Positions 27,040 to 39,894 of a DNA stretch of 64,000 nucleotides are shown in pieces (within the stretch, counting starts at the first letter, position 1; each line of letters opens with the position of its first letter). Below the pieces are notes generated by a model that saw only the letters and a list, made by a program, of their open reading frames with translations, did no database searches and was not told the DNA's origin. The translations under genes and the position numbers were made by a program. The stretch is from NCBI GenBank assembly GCA_951406725.2, contig OX597818.1:144584001-144648000 (forward strand), written 5' to 3'. Origin of the DNA: Octopus vulgaris. Taxonomy: Eukaryota.

Positions 27040-27580
27040 TCATATGAGTGTACATAGGTTAATATGTATGTACATATGTGTAGATGTATGTGTATTTTAG
27101 TGTGTGTGTGTGTGTATGTTTGAGTATATGTGTGTATGAGTATATATTATATATATATATATATGTATGTATGCACATATATATATATATGTCTATGTAT
27201 AATAAAATTTTTTTTAAAATTTTGAATTTTAACCTTTGTCTGTGAAAGTAGTGACATATATGTGTAGATGGATAAGCGTATATATGTGAATACTTTAAGA
27301 TTATACATATATATCTGTGTGTGTGTACGTGTTTATATGATTGCATGTATGTATCTAAGACATTGTATCCATTCGCCGTAGATGGTGGTGAGAGGGACAA
27401 AAATGCACACACACACACAAGACTTTCGACAAAAGAACAGCACACACACACACACACACATATCAGTACATAAACATACGTTCACATATGCACACACACA
27501 CACACACACACAGACACGTCTACACACTTACATACCTAAATATTCACATACATACATTAATACATACATACTTACATGCA
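27040..27580. repeat. TA/TG/CA-rich compound microsatellite region
   Basis: Directly visible. Confidence 0.85.
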
Positions 27581-27582
27581 CA

Positions 27583-28845
27583 ACTGCCTCTACCTAAAAC
27601 ATAAACAAGGAGGCAGAAGGTTAACATTGATCCAAAATGCCTTTGAATGTCGCATCATATCCCTTTGGCAACATCTTTTAACCACCAGGTGTTGAAGTGT
27701 ATCCCTTGACCGAGTTTGCATACATGAAACTGATAACATCATAAGACTTGAAAGGCAGCTCCCTGCGCAACACTCTTTGTCTGATAACCTAGAATACATG
27801 CCCAAAGAATTGTCACATGACTCTACCACAACATATCATCAGATGAAAGGATGAGCCTATATGAGCAGAAGACTATGCATGAATGTGTTAGTAGAAAGCT
27901 CCGTGATAATAGTAACATCAATCATCAAAGCAGTTTATCATAGATGAATAGCTGGATTATTACCTCCCATTTTTGAAGGGTATGCCTTTGCAATCCAGGA
28001 ACAGGAACTATCCACCAAGTACCTGATACACAAAAGGGATAGAGATGCAGGAAGAGCAGTAAAATGTGACAACTGATACAGACTTTGTGGAGTTAACACC
28101 GAAGATGTCACCCACATCATAAGCAGTTGTCTGAAAATGTCATCACGGTATTATCTACCGATGAGACATGACGTAGCTAGGACACTTTAAAATGAAATCC
28201 GTCACAAGGATAATCTCGAGGACAAAGAAATAAAAACCCACAATATGGTAGAAGCTATAGCCACTCATAATGAAAAGGAATACTGGTGGAATGTACCAGT
28301 GAAGACCTCAATAAAATATAAGCACAACAGACCTGATATAATGATTTAGGATAGAGAAAAGAAACTGTGCACAGCTGTGGGAATTAGTTGCCCAGCGGAT
28401 GTTAACATGAACCTGAAGATCAGTGAAAAAGAGAACACCTATGCTGAACTATTGAGAAATCTACAGTTACTCTATCCAGATTACAAGTTCAAGTTTATAC
28501 CTGTAATTATTGGGTCCCCGGGATATGTAACACACTGCCTAAATACCAGTTTTGAGAAATTAGGCTTCTCAAAATCAGAAAGGTTTAGGTTAATTTGAAG
28601 GCTAATTTAGGTTAATTTGAAGGTTAATTTGAAGTCCATCACTGGAACTGTAAAAATCTGTAAATCTTTCCAGAAGTTTATCATTTAAATATATATGAGC
28701 ATGTTTAGATATGCAACTCTATGCATGAGAATACATACAAACAAACAAACAAACAAATCCAATGAAGGAACCTTCGATGTAGGTTAAAAACCAGTTCTTT
28801 CTCTATTGGCAAGAAATCGTGAAATAAACTGAATAATGACATATA
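27583..28845 (+). mobile_element. R4/Dong-type non-LTR retrotransposon 3' fragment (CCHC knuckle plus restriction-like endonuclease), decayed
   Basis: LYLKHKQGGRRL; EGYAFAIQEQELSTKY; YRLCGVNTEDVTHIISSC; RHD; HNRPDIMI; ISCP...EKENTY; FIPVIIGSPG; stops and an internal deletion. Confidence 0.87.
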
Positions 28846-30180
28846 TATATCATGAACTAACAGTTACTTTCTCAGATGCAGCACAGAATTTTGTCAGTAA
28901 ACAGGTCGCGGTTTCAAAGCAATGAAAATATTTTGACAAATTAAATTTAAATGTTGAAGTGAATCTAACGGTTTTTGTTTGTTTTTAAATGGCTTATAAA
29001 CACCTTCCACGCTGCAATTGTTTAATAAATACACTTATTTAATAAATGCACTTACCACTATGTGTAGAAGTTTCATGATTATTTTAAAAACTATGAAATT
29101 GTAGAACAGAGATCCATGAAATACAATTCCTTTGAAATTGTATTTTCACTGAAATGTTTGAGATTGTAAAATGTCTATATAGGTAGTGCTGTAAGTGCTG
29201 TCCATTTTCTTTATTGAGATATCTGTTACCTCTTGTACTGTGAAAGTTATTTATATCTTTACATAAAGAAATAAACAATTTTAACTAAGAAACAAAATGG
29301 AATATACAGTTTATCTATCTTGTTCATCTACAGTAAAACTATTCTGACAAAGCTTTGGCAAATCTTCATATCAGTGAAAATTCATATGGCTGGACTATTG
29401 CCCATATTCACAGTGAATTATGTACACTAGTTGCTCCACTGAGCTGTGTATTTTAAGAAACAAATATGATTTGTATCTGTAACTTATTTAATTTATAATA
29501 TTTATTGGTCAACTGCCTTACAAATAATAATATGTTGTGTCTATAATAGATAATATTTTCAATTTCTTTCCAGTTTTTCTGTCAGTTGTCTTATGAATAG
29601 TGTTATGAACATAATATACAATGCCTTTGGTTTCATTTTATAGTTAAAGCATTACATAACATAGACCATAGCAGAAAGATATGTAGGTTTTTCACCTCTT
29701 TATTCTTTAAATATCTGGTTATAAATATCAGAAATACTTTTAGATATACTATCATTGTTCAATGATCTTTGCAATTTATCTTTTGCTTTTCCATAGTATA
29801 TAATATTGTTATAGCAATTGCACCATAGAAGAGCTATTTTATTGACTTGAAAACACAAAAACTCCCAAATTCATTTTCCACTTATTTCTTAAGTTGTCAA
29901 AATTTTTATTACACACTGCAACCTCATCCCTATACAATTCTACTGCAACTTTGTCAGAGACCAGAACCTAGTGGTGCAGTGAAAATTTTGACACATAGGA
30001 ATAAAGTGAATTTAACAGCTTTTCTGTATTTTTTTAAATAGCTATACCAGCTCTTCCACAATGTAAGGTCTTCAGTTTCAACACACTATCTTGAATGAAG
30101 TCACATTTCAGACAAATACAAATTCAAAATATTGGTTTTGAATTGCTAGTTATTCATATGTTTATAATATTTTGTTGTAG

Positions 30181-30363
30181 GTCAACATCTTTATGACACA
30201 CATGTGCAATTATGGCAGTGACAGGCTTGCTTTGTACACATTTGAAAGTGCAGTTAAATTTTTGCAATGTTGGACCAACTTACATTTACAAACAATTCCT
30301 CCACAAGATCTAGCTCAAGTTTATTTTTCCTCATATCCAGATGAATTAAACCCAATATGGGTG
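30181..30363 (+). CDS. NDST: NDST exon, 183 nt, phase 0-0
   Basis: ttgtag|GTC...GTG|gtaagt; VNIFMTHMCNYGSDRLALYTFESAVKFLQCWTNLHLQTIPPQDLAQVYFSSYPDELNPIWV (IFMTH..NYG.DRL.LYTF, WTNL). Confidence 0.97.
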
Positions 30364-31437
30364 GTAAGTACAATTTGCTCTCTAATTACTTCATGTGCTG
30401 CAACCTACATTCTCCTGTTTCATGTAAACACTTCTATATACCTTATTATTATCATCACCATCATATGGGTTGGCTAAATTTCGCTGTATATCTTGCCACA
30501 AACCATGGTTCTTTACTTAACCTTCCACTGTGGTTCTTTGTATTTATCTATAATTTTTTTTTAATTATAGGCTATTTTAAGTTATTTTTCTTTCAAGCTC
30601 TGTTGTTTTCTTTTGCACAAAGCACATAATGCTATTTGCCTGAATCAAAGGACAGTTCTACACTTAATTTAGCATTGGAGGTTAGCAGTAGGTATAACTT
30701 TGATCAGGAAAAAACAATTTTTTCAACAAAATTCATCTCATCCATGCTACAGTGGAAATATGGTGTCATCTGCTTGCAATTTTCTCTGACATGTCCGCAC
30801 ATACTTGAAAACAAGTGAGGTTGGTGACAAGATCATCTAGCCATAGAAAGTCTACCTCAACAAATTTTGCCTGACCAAGCAACCGTATGTGGAAAAGTGA
30901 ATATTTAAAAGGTGGTGGTTATGCATGTGTGTGTGTGTGTGTGTGTGTAATTCCAACTTCTGATGTTTGTATTTGCTTGTTTATGATGTCCACAGAAAGA
31001 ACTTTCTGTGTGAAAAGGAACAATTATAAATTCCATTGCTCAAAAGCTAACTGATCAAATATTTTACGCTTGGATATGTATCACTGTTTTTATACTTGTA
31101 TGCGTGTGCATACACAAATGCACGTGCACACACACCTACCTATCTATCTACATACCTGAAAATTTACACTTTCTATTGTCAAGGCAGTTAGACACAGATT
31201 TCTATTTATGAAACCAACTGAAGTTTGATTAAAGTAGTGTTTGTAGTTTCAAAAATGAGGAAGTTAAACTCCAATATTGCGATTGATACCTTTTACATAA
31301 ACCACATTGCCTCTGTCCATCTGAGTAAGACTTGCTTGACTAATTTAACCAAAATTTGCTAACCTAATTTTCTCAGATTATGCAAGTTTTCCAGCATTGT
31401 CTTATAAAGGGCTGACTAAATAAAATAAATACAAGCT

Positions 31438-31597
31438 TCATCCTCATCATCGTTGAATGTCCATCTTCTATGCTGGCTTGGGTTGAATAGTTTGACAGGA
31501 GCTGTTAAACCTGTGGACTGCACCAAGCTTCACTGTCTGCTTTGGCATGGTTTTGTAGCTGGATGCCCTTCCTAATGCCAACCACTTTACAGAATGG
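31438..31597 (-). mobile_element. (GAT)n-tailed SINE, truncated
   Basis: catcctcatcatcgttgaatgtcc...gctggatgcccttcctaatgccaaccact. Confidence 0.8.
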
Positions 31598-32280
31598 ACT
31601 GGATACTTCTTTCATTTTTATTGCATATGTTTTGTGTGCATTTTTGGCTGGACATACTATTCTATGTACTTGAATTTACACAGCTACTGAAATATAGACT
31701 AGGTCTTCTAGGACTGATACTTTATTCAATATATAGTAGGTTGTCATGGACTGACACTTTATCCAAAAGGAGTGTTAGCTCAGTTAATCAAAAATATTCA
31801 TTAATTATGCTGTGCTTCTGTTGTACACCAAAGAACAAGAAAGAAACTCCCAGTCATCTGTGGTGTGTTTGCAATTCCTATTTAAAACTAGTTTTACTAC
31901 ATATGGTTAAGTATGAAGCTCAAATTGCTTCATAACTTTTTATGTGGCATTGTGGAAAAAGAATGGGGAAGAGAAATTAAACTTTGCTAAACAAGAATAT
32001 TCGTTTCTTTCACTTATTTTCTCAAAATACTACATAATATTTGTATTTTAGTAACATACAGTATTTTAATATTTTAAAACTTCTACAAAGTCAATTACGT
32101 ACTAATTTTTGCTACATCGAGTATGTTGAATGACCACACAAAAGTGATTCCTTGAGATTTTCCTTGTCTGGAGTGGAGAAAGAAAAAAACACACTCAGTC
32201 ATTTATATGGTCTCCATTTTAAAGCACAAAGGGTATTTGGCTATTACATTTGTTTTTGTTTGTTTTTGTTTTATTCTTAG

Positions 32281-32377
32281 AATCCTTGTCGAGATAAAAG
32301 ACACCTGGCTATTTGGTCACCCAGAAAAGTATGCAATACCCTCCCTCATCTGATTGTTATTGGACCTCAGAAGACAG
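32281..32377 (+). CDS. NDST: NDST exon, 97 nt, start of the sulfotransferase domain with the 5'-PSB loop
   Basis: tcttag|AAT...ACAG|gtaagt; [32 protein letters not shown](G); PAPS-binding GPQKTG with the catalytic Lys intact. Confidence 0.97.
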
Positions 32378-32992
32378 GTAAGTCTTGAAAGACATTTTAG
32401 GTATTACACTTACCTTTGAGTAGCTTTGTGCCTAAATTAGAAACAATTATTATTACTTTTATGATATTTTTTTGCTAATATTTTTTAGCTGTCAAAAAGC
32501 ATTTTAAAAGAAGCTGAAACTGGTATTTGATAAATACACCATAACCTACATTCCATATATTTGATATGGAATATTACAATAAATCATATATTGCCAGATT
32601 GGGTTCTGATCAAAGCTCATTCACCAAAAGTTATAGAATTTGTCAGTAATTGATGCAGCCTGCATTCTAAATACACAATAACATCATTATGACATGTCCC
32701 ATGTATAATACTGTTGTAGTGAAACACACATGACAATATACATGTTTTATTCAATAAACGTTCACTCCATAAATCAAAACATATTTTTGAACTTGTAAAA
32801 CAATGAAGTTCAGTGAAACTAGTGGTTGTGTGTTTTGGCAAAAGGTTCTGATAGCAGAAAGAATTTTCCCTGAAAGGAAGAAAAGTGTAACATTTTAGAC
32901 AGAATCCTTCACTGGGGAGAGATGAAATTTCAATCCATATTGCTGGATTGGGTGTCAAGTATCTTCTGATTAGTTTATCTTAATTTAATATC

Positions 32993-33420
32993 CTCATCAT
33001 TGTTGTTTAATGTCCACATTCCACGCTGGCATGGGTTGGATGGTTTGACTGAGGGCTGGTGAGCCAGAAGGCTGCACCAGGCTCCAATCTGATCTGGCAA
33101 AGTTTCTACAGCTGGATGCCCTTCCTAATGCCAACCACACTGAGAATGTAGTGGGTGATTTTTATGTACCACCAGCACGAGGGCCAGTTAGGCGGTACTG
33201 GCATCGACCATGCTCAAATGGTGCTTTTCATGTGCCACCAGCGCAGTCGCCAGTCAGGTGACACTGACAACGATCAAGCTTAAATGGTGCTTTTTACGTG
33301 CCACCAGCACGGGAGCCAGTCAGGCAGCACTGGCATCGACCATGCTCAAATGGTGCTTTTAATGTGCCACTGGCACGGGTGCCAATCAGGTGTTACTGTC
33401 ATCAGCCATGACAACAATTT
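32993..33420 (-). mobile_element. (GAT)n-tailed SINE with four modules at exact 66-nt spacing
   Basis: gt(g/a)cc anchors at 33166, 33232, 33298 and 33364; core gctggatgcccttcctaatgccaacc. Confidence 0.9.
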
Positions 33421-33695
33421 CACTTGCCTCAACAGGTCTTCAAAGGCACAGTTTATTGCCCAATGATTGAAGGGTACTCTTAAATGGGCTGGTTATGCTG
33501 CTCTGGCATAGGCCCTGGTTATAATCTGACTTGGCTTGCCGGGTCTTCTCAAGCACAGCATATCTCCAAAGGTCTCAGTCACTTTGGAGATATAGTTTAT
33601 TTATTTTATTAGCTAAAACTTTCTCCAATAATTGCTGCACCACCAAATGTAAAAGACCTGAATCTTTAGCTATTTCTTTCCAATATTTCAAGGAA

Positions 33696-33888
33696 CTTTA
33701 AGACAGTGAGTTAGCAAAATGCTCAGCAGCATTTTGTTTTTCTTTACATTCTGAGTTCAAATTCTGCCAGTGTCGACTGCCTTTGTTCTTTCAGGGTCTA
33801 TAAATTAAATACCAGTCAAACACTGGGGTTGATGTAATCAACTTACCCACTCCCTCGAAATTGCTGGCCTTGTGCCAGAATTTGAAAT
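33696..33888 (+). mobile_element. tRNA-head Meta-domain-like SINE with 15-bp TSD
   Basis: B box gagttcaaattc; TSD CAATATTTCAAGGAA at 33681-33695 and 33889-33903. Confidence 0.85.
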
Positions 33889-33936
33889 CAATATTTCAAG
33901 GAAGATTAAATATTTTTGTTTTTTTCTTTTGATTAG

Positions 33937-34063
33937 GTACTACTGCTATTTACACATTCCTGAATATGCACCCTTCAATACGAAGCAATGTGAAACAGCC
34001 TGTCATCTTTGAAGAACTCCATTTCTTCAGTAGTGATCAATACTACAACAAAGGATTAGATTG
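33937..34063 (+). CDS. NDST: NDST exon, 127 nt, phase 1-2
   Basis: gattag|GT...TTG|gtgagt; (G)TTAIYTFLNMHPSIRSNVKQPVIFEELHFFSSDQYYNKGLD(W); completes GPQKTGTTA. Confidence 0.96.
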
Positions 34064-35311
34064 GTGAGTTGTCTGTTTATTATTAGTCTTCTAGCAGTGC
34101 CAAATTAGGTTACTTTTATGTAACACCTGATCAACCCTGACTGGGCTGACTGACCTATTACCAAAGAATTTCCATCTATGACTCTTTCTCATCATTGTCC
34201 AGTGTGTCCTTCTTTCTCAAAGTGTTAGATATAATTTGAGACTGATTTTGTTGCAGGTAAATGAACCATGTAGATGCATGTGATTAGATTTTACCTTTCA
34301 ACCTTTTAAGATAAAAAAAAAAAACAAATCCAAGGCAGTGGATTGGTGGAATTGTAAGTCAGACAGTATGGCTTGCAGTATCTGTTCTGGCCCATTACAT
34401 TCTGACAGCAATTCCTGGTTGACACTGATGCCAATCTACATCAACCCTAAGCAGTGGCCTTTCCTTGGGCAAAATTGATGGTGTGGAGAGGTGAGACTTG
34501 CATGCTTGAGCATATCCAGTCTTTCAAAAAACTTTAACCAAGGCTTGTGCACACATGTACTGACAGATGGTCAACTCCTAGGGAGGTCCTTGATTTTGCA
34601 TTCTGATGGAAAAACCTTGTTTTATTGTTGTCATTGTTAGTCCTAGTCATTTCTACTGAAGTAGGTAGGTTGCTGATTATTTACTTGGGAGTAACTCTGG
34701 ATATGACACATTGTACAGTCTGTTTGATTTGATTAATGTATCAACCAGCTCTTGTATCCCACCTGTCCTTGAAAATGAGATTACAAGTTTTAAATACCTA
34801 AATGGCTAAATGAAATAATCACAGTAAACATGGGACAGTTAGAATTTGAAAATTTGAGCAATGAAATTTCAACTGATCAGGCATAGCTATTGTTTCTGGG
34901 TAGTATTTATGGATCCTTAAAGGAGTTTGTTTCTATGTAAGTTAATCTGGTACTGCTGTTAAAGTAAAATTATATCGTAACCAATGATTTTTGATTTCAT
35001 TTTGTATAAAGTGTATTGCAGCATACTTAATCCCTCTGGTGCTGACATAGATCCTTAAATTTTCTAACTGTATTAATGCAAAATAAACCGAGTTATAATG
35101 CAATTATTTTAATACATGTAATTCAGTGAAGATTTACAAAGCAAAACACTGATTGTAATGTAATTTCTAAGTTAGAAATGCAAGTTATATGAGTATAATA
35201 TCAGACAATAGGATTCATACAAAATGGTTTGTGGAAAATTGTTCTCAAACTATACTACCAAATCCAGTATATAATTTTTAATTTCAGAAATAAAGAAGAT
35301 CAATTTTGCGG

Positions 35312-35480
35312 GCAGGCATAGTTGTTGTGGTTAAGGAATTTACTTTGCAACCTTGTGGTGGTCTCAGGTTCAATCACACTGTGTGGCACCTTGGGCAGGT
35401 GTCTTCTGCCAAAGCCTTGGGTTAATCAAAGCCTAGTTAGAAACATTTTTGTAGACAGAAACCATGTAGAGGCTCACTGT
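35312..35480 (+). mobile_element. tRNA-head CORE-type SINE (further decayed copies near 36135, 38580, 42200, 46690 and 51010)
   Basis: ggcatagttgttgtggttaaggaa...ggttcaatcacactgtgtggcaccttgggcaggtgtcttc. Confidence 0.8.
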
Positions 35481-35757
35481 ATGTGTGTGTCATGTCATGT
35501 TGAAGGATGACAAAATATTGGTATGTTGAACAAAAAAAAAAGAAGAAAAAAAAAACAAAATTTGGTATTTCAGCCTGCCATGATTGTTATACCTAGTAGA
35601 CTATTTCAGCCTTCTCTAATGTTAATAAATTTCATATCAAAGTACAAAAGTCAATATAATCAACTAAAACCATCAAAGGTAGGGCTCCAACATGGCCACA
35701 TAAAAAAAAAAGTTGTATTTGTGATTTTAATTTAGTTAATTTTTTTTCTTGTTGCAG

Positions 35758-35935
35758 GTATATGAATGCCTTTAAACTAGATAATCCAAACCAAACAGAT
35801 ATAGTATTCTTTGAAAAAACTGCTGCCTATTTTGATAATCCAATGGCACCAATGAGAATTGCTAGTTTGATTCCTGATGTAAAACTGGTTTTGATTCTCC
35901 TTGATCCTATTAAACGAGCATATTCTTGGTATCAG
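35758..35935 (+). CDS. NDST: NDST exon, 178 nt, phase 2-0, 3'-PB motif
   Basis: ttgcag|G...CAG|gtgagt; (W)YMNAFKLDNPNQTDIVFFEKTAAYFDNPMAPMRIASLIPDVKLVLILLDPIKRAYSWYQ. Confidence 0.97.
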
Positions 35936-36582
35936 GTGAGTTCAATGAGGACCCTTTATTTCAAATGTGCTGATGGCCATCAGTTTATGTCACTGGCCCC
36001 TCTCAGATATTTTCTTCTGGTTTCCTCATCTTTTTATGTTTAATAAATTACAAAGTCTGCACAGGTAATAAAGTGGTGTTGTCTATTTAAAAAAGAACAT
36101 CTGTATACATTTAAGTAATTTTTGAAGAAGTGAGCACAGGTGCAATCATGTTAAGAAATTACCTTCACCATGACTTAGTTTCAAGTTCAATCTCACTGCA
36201 CAGCATATTGGGGAAATACCTTCTGCCCTATTCATGAGTAAACCCAAGCCCTTTCAGTGACGTTGTGAAGATAGAACCCATGTGGAAGCTTGATGGATGG
36301 GTTGTACCTGTTCTTGGTTGGTTGACTTAACCTCTTGCCTGGTTTAACCACTACCTGGCCCTTAGGTACCTTTATATGAGTCCACTCTGTTTCCCTTCCC
36401 TGTCTCAGAAACCTTGCAAGAAATCATGAGTGTTGTCCTTCCTCATCTTACTAATTTTAATGGTTAATTTGTTTTATTAGATCACTGGCAGAATTATTAC
36501 ATAATGTAAAGCACGTCGTTCTTTTGTGGTTTTTGCCATTGTGAACTACTTCTGATCTCCTATTTTTTTTCTATATCTGTAG

Positions 36583-36753
36583 CATGCACGAGCCCACCAA
36601 AATCCAGCCTCTTTGAATTATACATTTTATGAGATAATCACAGCTGGAGAAGGAAGTCACAAAATTCAGCGAGATCTTCGGAATCGATGTCTGAATCCAT
36701 CTCTGTATGCTCAACACTTAGAACGCTGGCTTGATTACTTCCATCCATCTCAG
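36583..36753 (+). CDS. NDST: NDST exon, 171 nt, phase 0-0
   Basis: ctgtag|CAT...CAG|gtaaga; HARAHQNPASLNYTFYEIITAGEGSHKIQRDLRNRCLNPSLYAQHLERWLDYFHPSQ. Confidence 0.97.
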
Positions 36754-37014
36754 GTAAGAAGTTTTCTAGTTACTTTTTATCAAAACATGAAGCCCTTTTT
36801 TCTTGTTAATGTGGCTCATCATCATCATCCTTGCACATGTTAAGTCCACTGTTTGGACAAATGCCACAGTCTGATGTTTTCCTCATCCATGTTTGGGTGC
36901 TGAAGAATTTAACAAAATCTTTAATTTCAACTTCTGCATGGTCTTCCCCTTTTTTTCTGGACATAGTATCCACTTTGTTAATTTGGTATTCCATTTATTG
37001 TCCTTTCTTCTGAA

Positions 37015-37315
37015 CACCTACCTTGGACAAATAATATGCTTAAAGGATAAAAATCAGACTAGAGAAATTGAATGTCAAATTCAGTTAGGATGGGCAGCCT
37101 TTGATAAATTGAATCACATCATGAACAGTAATTTGCTCATATGTCTAAGAAGAAAGGTCCTCAACCAGTCTGTGTTGCTTATGGTTATACAGGCATCAGA
37201 AACATGGACTGCCAACAAAATCACTGAAAATAAATGAAGAGCAACACAAAGAATCATGGAAAGGAGAATGCTGAAGATTAGCAAAATGGCTAAGTGGAGA
37301 AACAACCGGATAAGA
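37015..37315 (+). mobile_element. RTE LINE fragment (region after the RT core)
   Basis: YLGQII...EIECQIQLGWAAFDKL...LRRKVLNQSVL...ASETWT...TQRIMERRMLKI. Confidence 0.82.
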
Positions 37316-38327
37316 GTGGCAAAATGTTTAACGGGTAATAACAGGGGGAAGAAAAAAAATGTAGCTCACTCAGATAAAATAAGGGAATCAAAATTGTTTC
37401 AAATAAGAACTGACTTGACCATGATGGTCCTTTATAGCTTATGCTAGCAAGGAGAGCAAACAGATAAGAACGATGATAATGATGATAGTTATTCAGGAAA
37501 ACTAAAGCAACTAACATGAGAATATGGAAACTGTGGTTTTGTAGCCATTAGGCATGGAAGTTACTTGGAATATTAAGATGGATAGTTACATTCATTTTTA
37601 TTCTCAAGAAAATCAGCCTTGATTGAACAAACCAATGATGAAAGGTATTCCAGTCATGATCATCATGTCTTTTGTATTTCAAGAACTATATTGTTTAATG
37701 TGATTTGAGGGAATTGGGCAGTAATTTTTAAAGGGTCAAGTTATTGTGTAGAGGTGCGCTCATTGATCTGGCCACATAGTTTGAACAGCAGAATATCAGA
37801 TAATCAGTACAAGTGAAATGAAATAGCTTTGATGGGAGATTGAAACCATCTTGAAGTCGCACCTTATTCAGGAACTTACATTATATCCTTCATTGGTCTA
37901 TAAAGGCAATCCTCTTCAAGGTGCATACATTTGAACTTTCAAAAGTCTGGGGAGTTGAAAATTCTCTTCATTTCATGCACCCACAAAACAAGTAGAAGCA
38001 ACAATTGAATGTATGAATGTTGGGCAACTGCCTGTACCAGCATTGGTCTCATTGGTGTCATCTCCTCAGCAGTTTCCACAAGAAACTACCAGTTAAACTC
38101 CTTACTGTTTTATGGTGGAGCTTGTTCACTCAATATGTCAGTTAACAACCTCCACCTTGTAATGTGTCACTTTAATTTGCATTGAGATTGTTATTATACA
38201 ATTGAAATTTAATATCTTATTCAGTATACATTCAATGTTGTTGTGATTTGATAACTTCTGACAAGTAATATAAGTAAAAAAAATTAATTTCATTAATATA
38301 TATTTTTCTCTCTCCCCAAACTTCCAG

Positions 38328-38437
38328 TTACTTATCCTTGATGGTCAAGAAATAAAGGAAAACCCACCATTGGTTATGTCTAAAATACAGAAGTTTATTG
38401 AAGTGAAGCCTTATATTGATTTTAGAAAGCTATTACG
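38328..38437 (+). CDS. NDST: NDST exon, 110 nt, phase 0-2
   Basis: ttccag|TTA...CG|gtgagg; LLILDGQEIKENPPLVMSKIQKFIEVKPYIDFRKLL(R). Confidence 0.95.
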
Positions 38438-39894
38438 GTGAGGATTTTACATTAATTTCATTTGTTAACTTTTTAGAGATTTCCACACTCTGTGGAAGTT
38501 TATTATTTTACATATTTCTATCCTGGATGCTTTTTGGATGACTTTTTTCAAACCTTTGTCTAAACCATTTGAAGGTATAGCCATGTCGTTAAGAAGGTCG
38601 CTTTGAAGCCATGTGGTTTCAGATCCATTTCCATTGCATGGCTCTGTAAGCAGGTATCTTCTGTCACCTCAGAGTGACCGTTACCATGGAAGTGGAATTG
38701 TAAATGGAAGCTTTAGAAAGCCTGTTATGTCTGTGTTTTCCCATTATCTTGACATTGCATGCTGCACAAAAACTGGTTTTGTGTATGTGACCATGTCTTT
38801 GTCTAAAATCTGCTGTGGAAATGGTTCCAGCTATTCGAGTTGTTTGTTGTTGAAAGGACTAAAGGAAATAGTGCCTTATTTGAAACAAAAGAGGATTGGC
38901 AACAGGAAGAGCATCTGGCCGTCCTGGGTAAAGTTGATGTTAAAATGCTGATGGGGATTGCAGCTTGAAATTGTTTGATATTGTAATCTGAAACAAATCT
39001 GTTTATTTTAGTTTTTTAGATGTTATTTTAGCTTTTTAAACAACCATTAATACATCAAAAAACATGAGAGCATGTTTGTAAAGAAACCTCACCATTTTCA
39101 TGAATTGAAAAGATAGATGTATCTGGTCAAGTATTTGTGTTACATATTTTTGTAGGGAAAATATTGAATTGTTAGGTTCTTATTGTAACAAAGCATGATG
39201 CAAATAAGTTCCAATCATTTGTAACACAGTTTTGACGAAGTCCAACCGTGGCTTATAATGTATCAGGTTCATTTCTGCCTGTAGCAAAAGATGGAAATAG
39301 ATGTTAAATTCATAATGATAATGACTGCAGCTGTCATGTCCAGCTAAACTTTTAGAGCAAAGATTTTATGAAATCTAATAATGGAAATTCTCTCTAATTA
39401 ATTATGCTGTTTAAATGTAGAAGTGAGAATATATTTTTTTTTAAATACAGAAGATAGTGTTACCTTAATTCTTGGGTAGATGCCATTTCTCATCTCTCTC
39501 TCTCTCTCTCTCTCACACACAAACCTAATTCTTCTTGGGAAAAGTATGAATGTTGCAATTTCCATTTCTCCTTCCTAAAATATGAGTATGTGATATTTGT
39601 ATCTAATCAAAAGAAACCAGTATTTATTGATAAAATTTCACAAATGTTAACTTTTTATTGTATTGAAATAAAACCTAAAACTTGCATGTTTTCCTGTGTC
39701 ATTTTATCCAGTTACATTATTCTGATCCCTATGACTGTTTTTTTTTTTCCCGTAAATCAATAAACTCTTCCAGTGATACAATAAATACAGATGCCTGTGA
39801 AGCTAATTAAAGTAATTAATATATATGAAAAAAACTTCTGATGAAATTGGTGACTTATAAATTTTTCAAACCTCTAATTTCCTCTCTGTTGTAG

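Noticed and set aside
30361-30366. Tandem donor TGG|GTG|GTAAGT giving a one-codon isoform
   Set aside because: The upstream GTGGTA is a poor donor next to a consensus GTAAGT; no evidence of use
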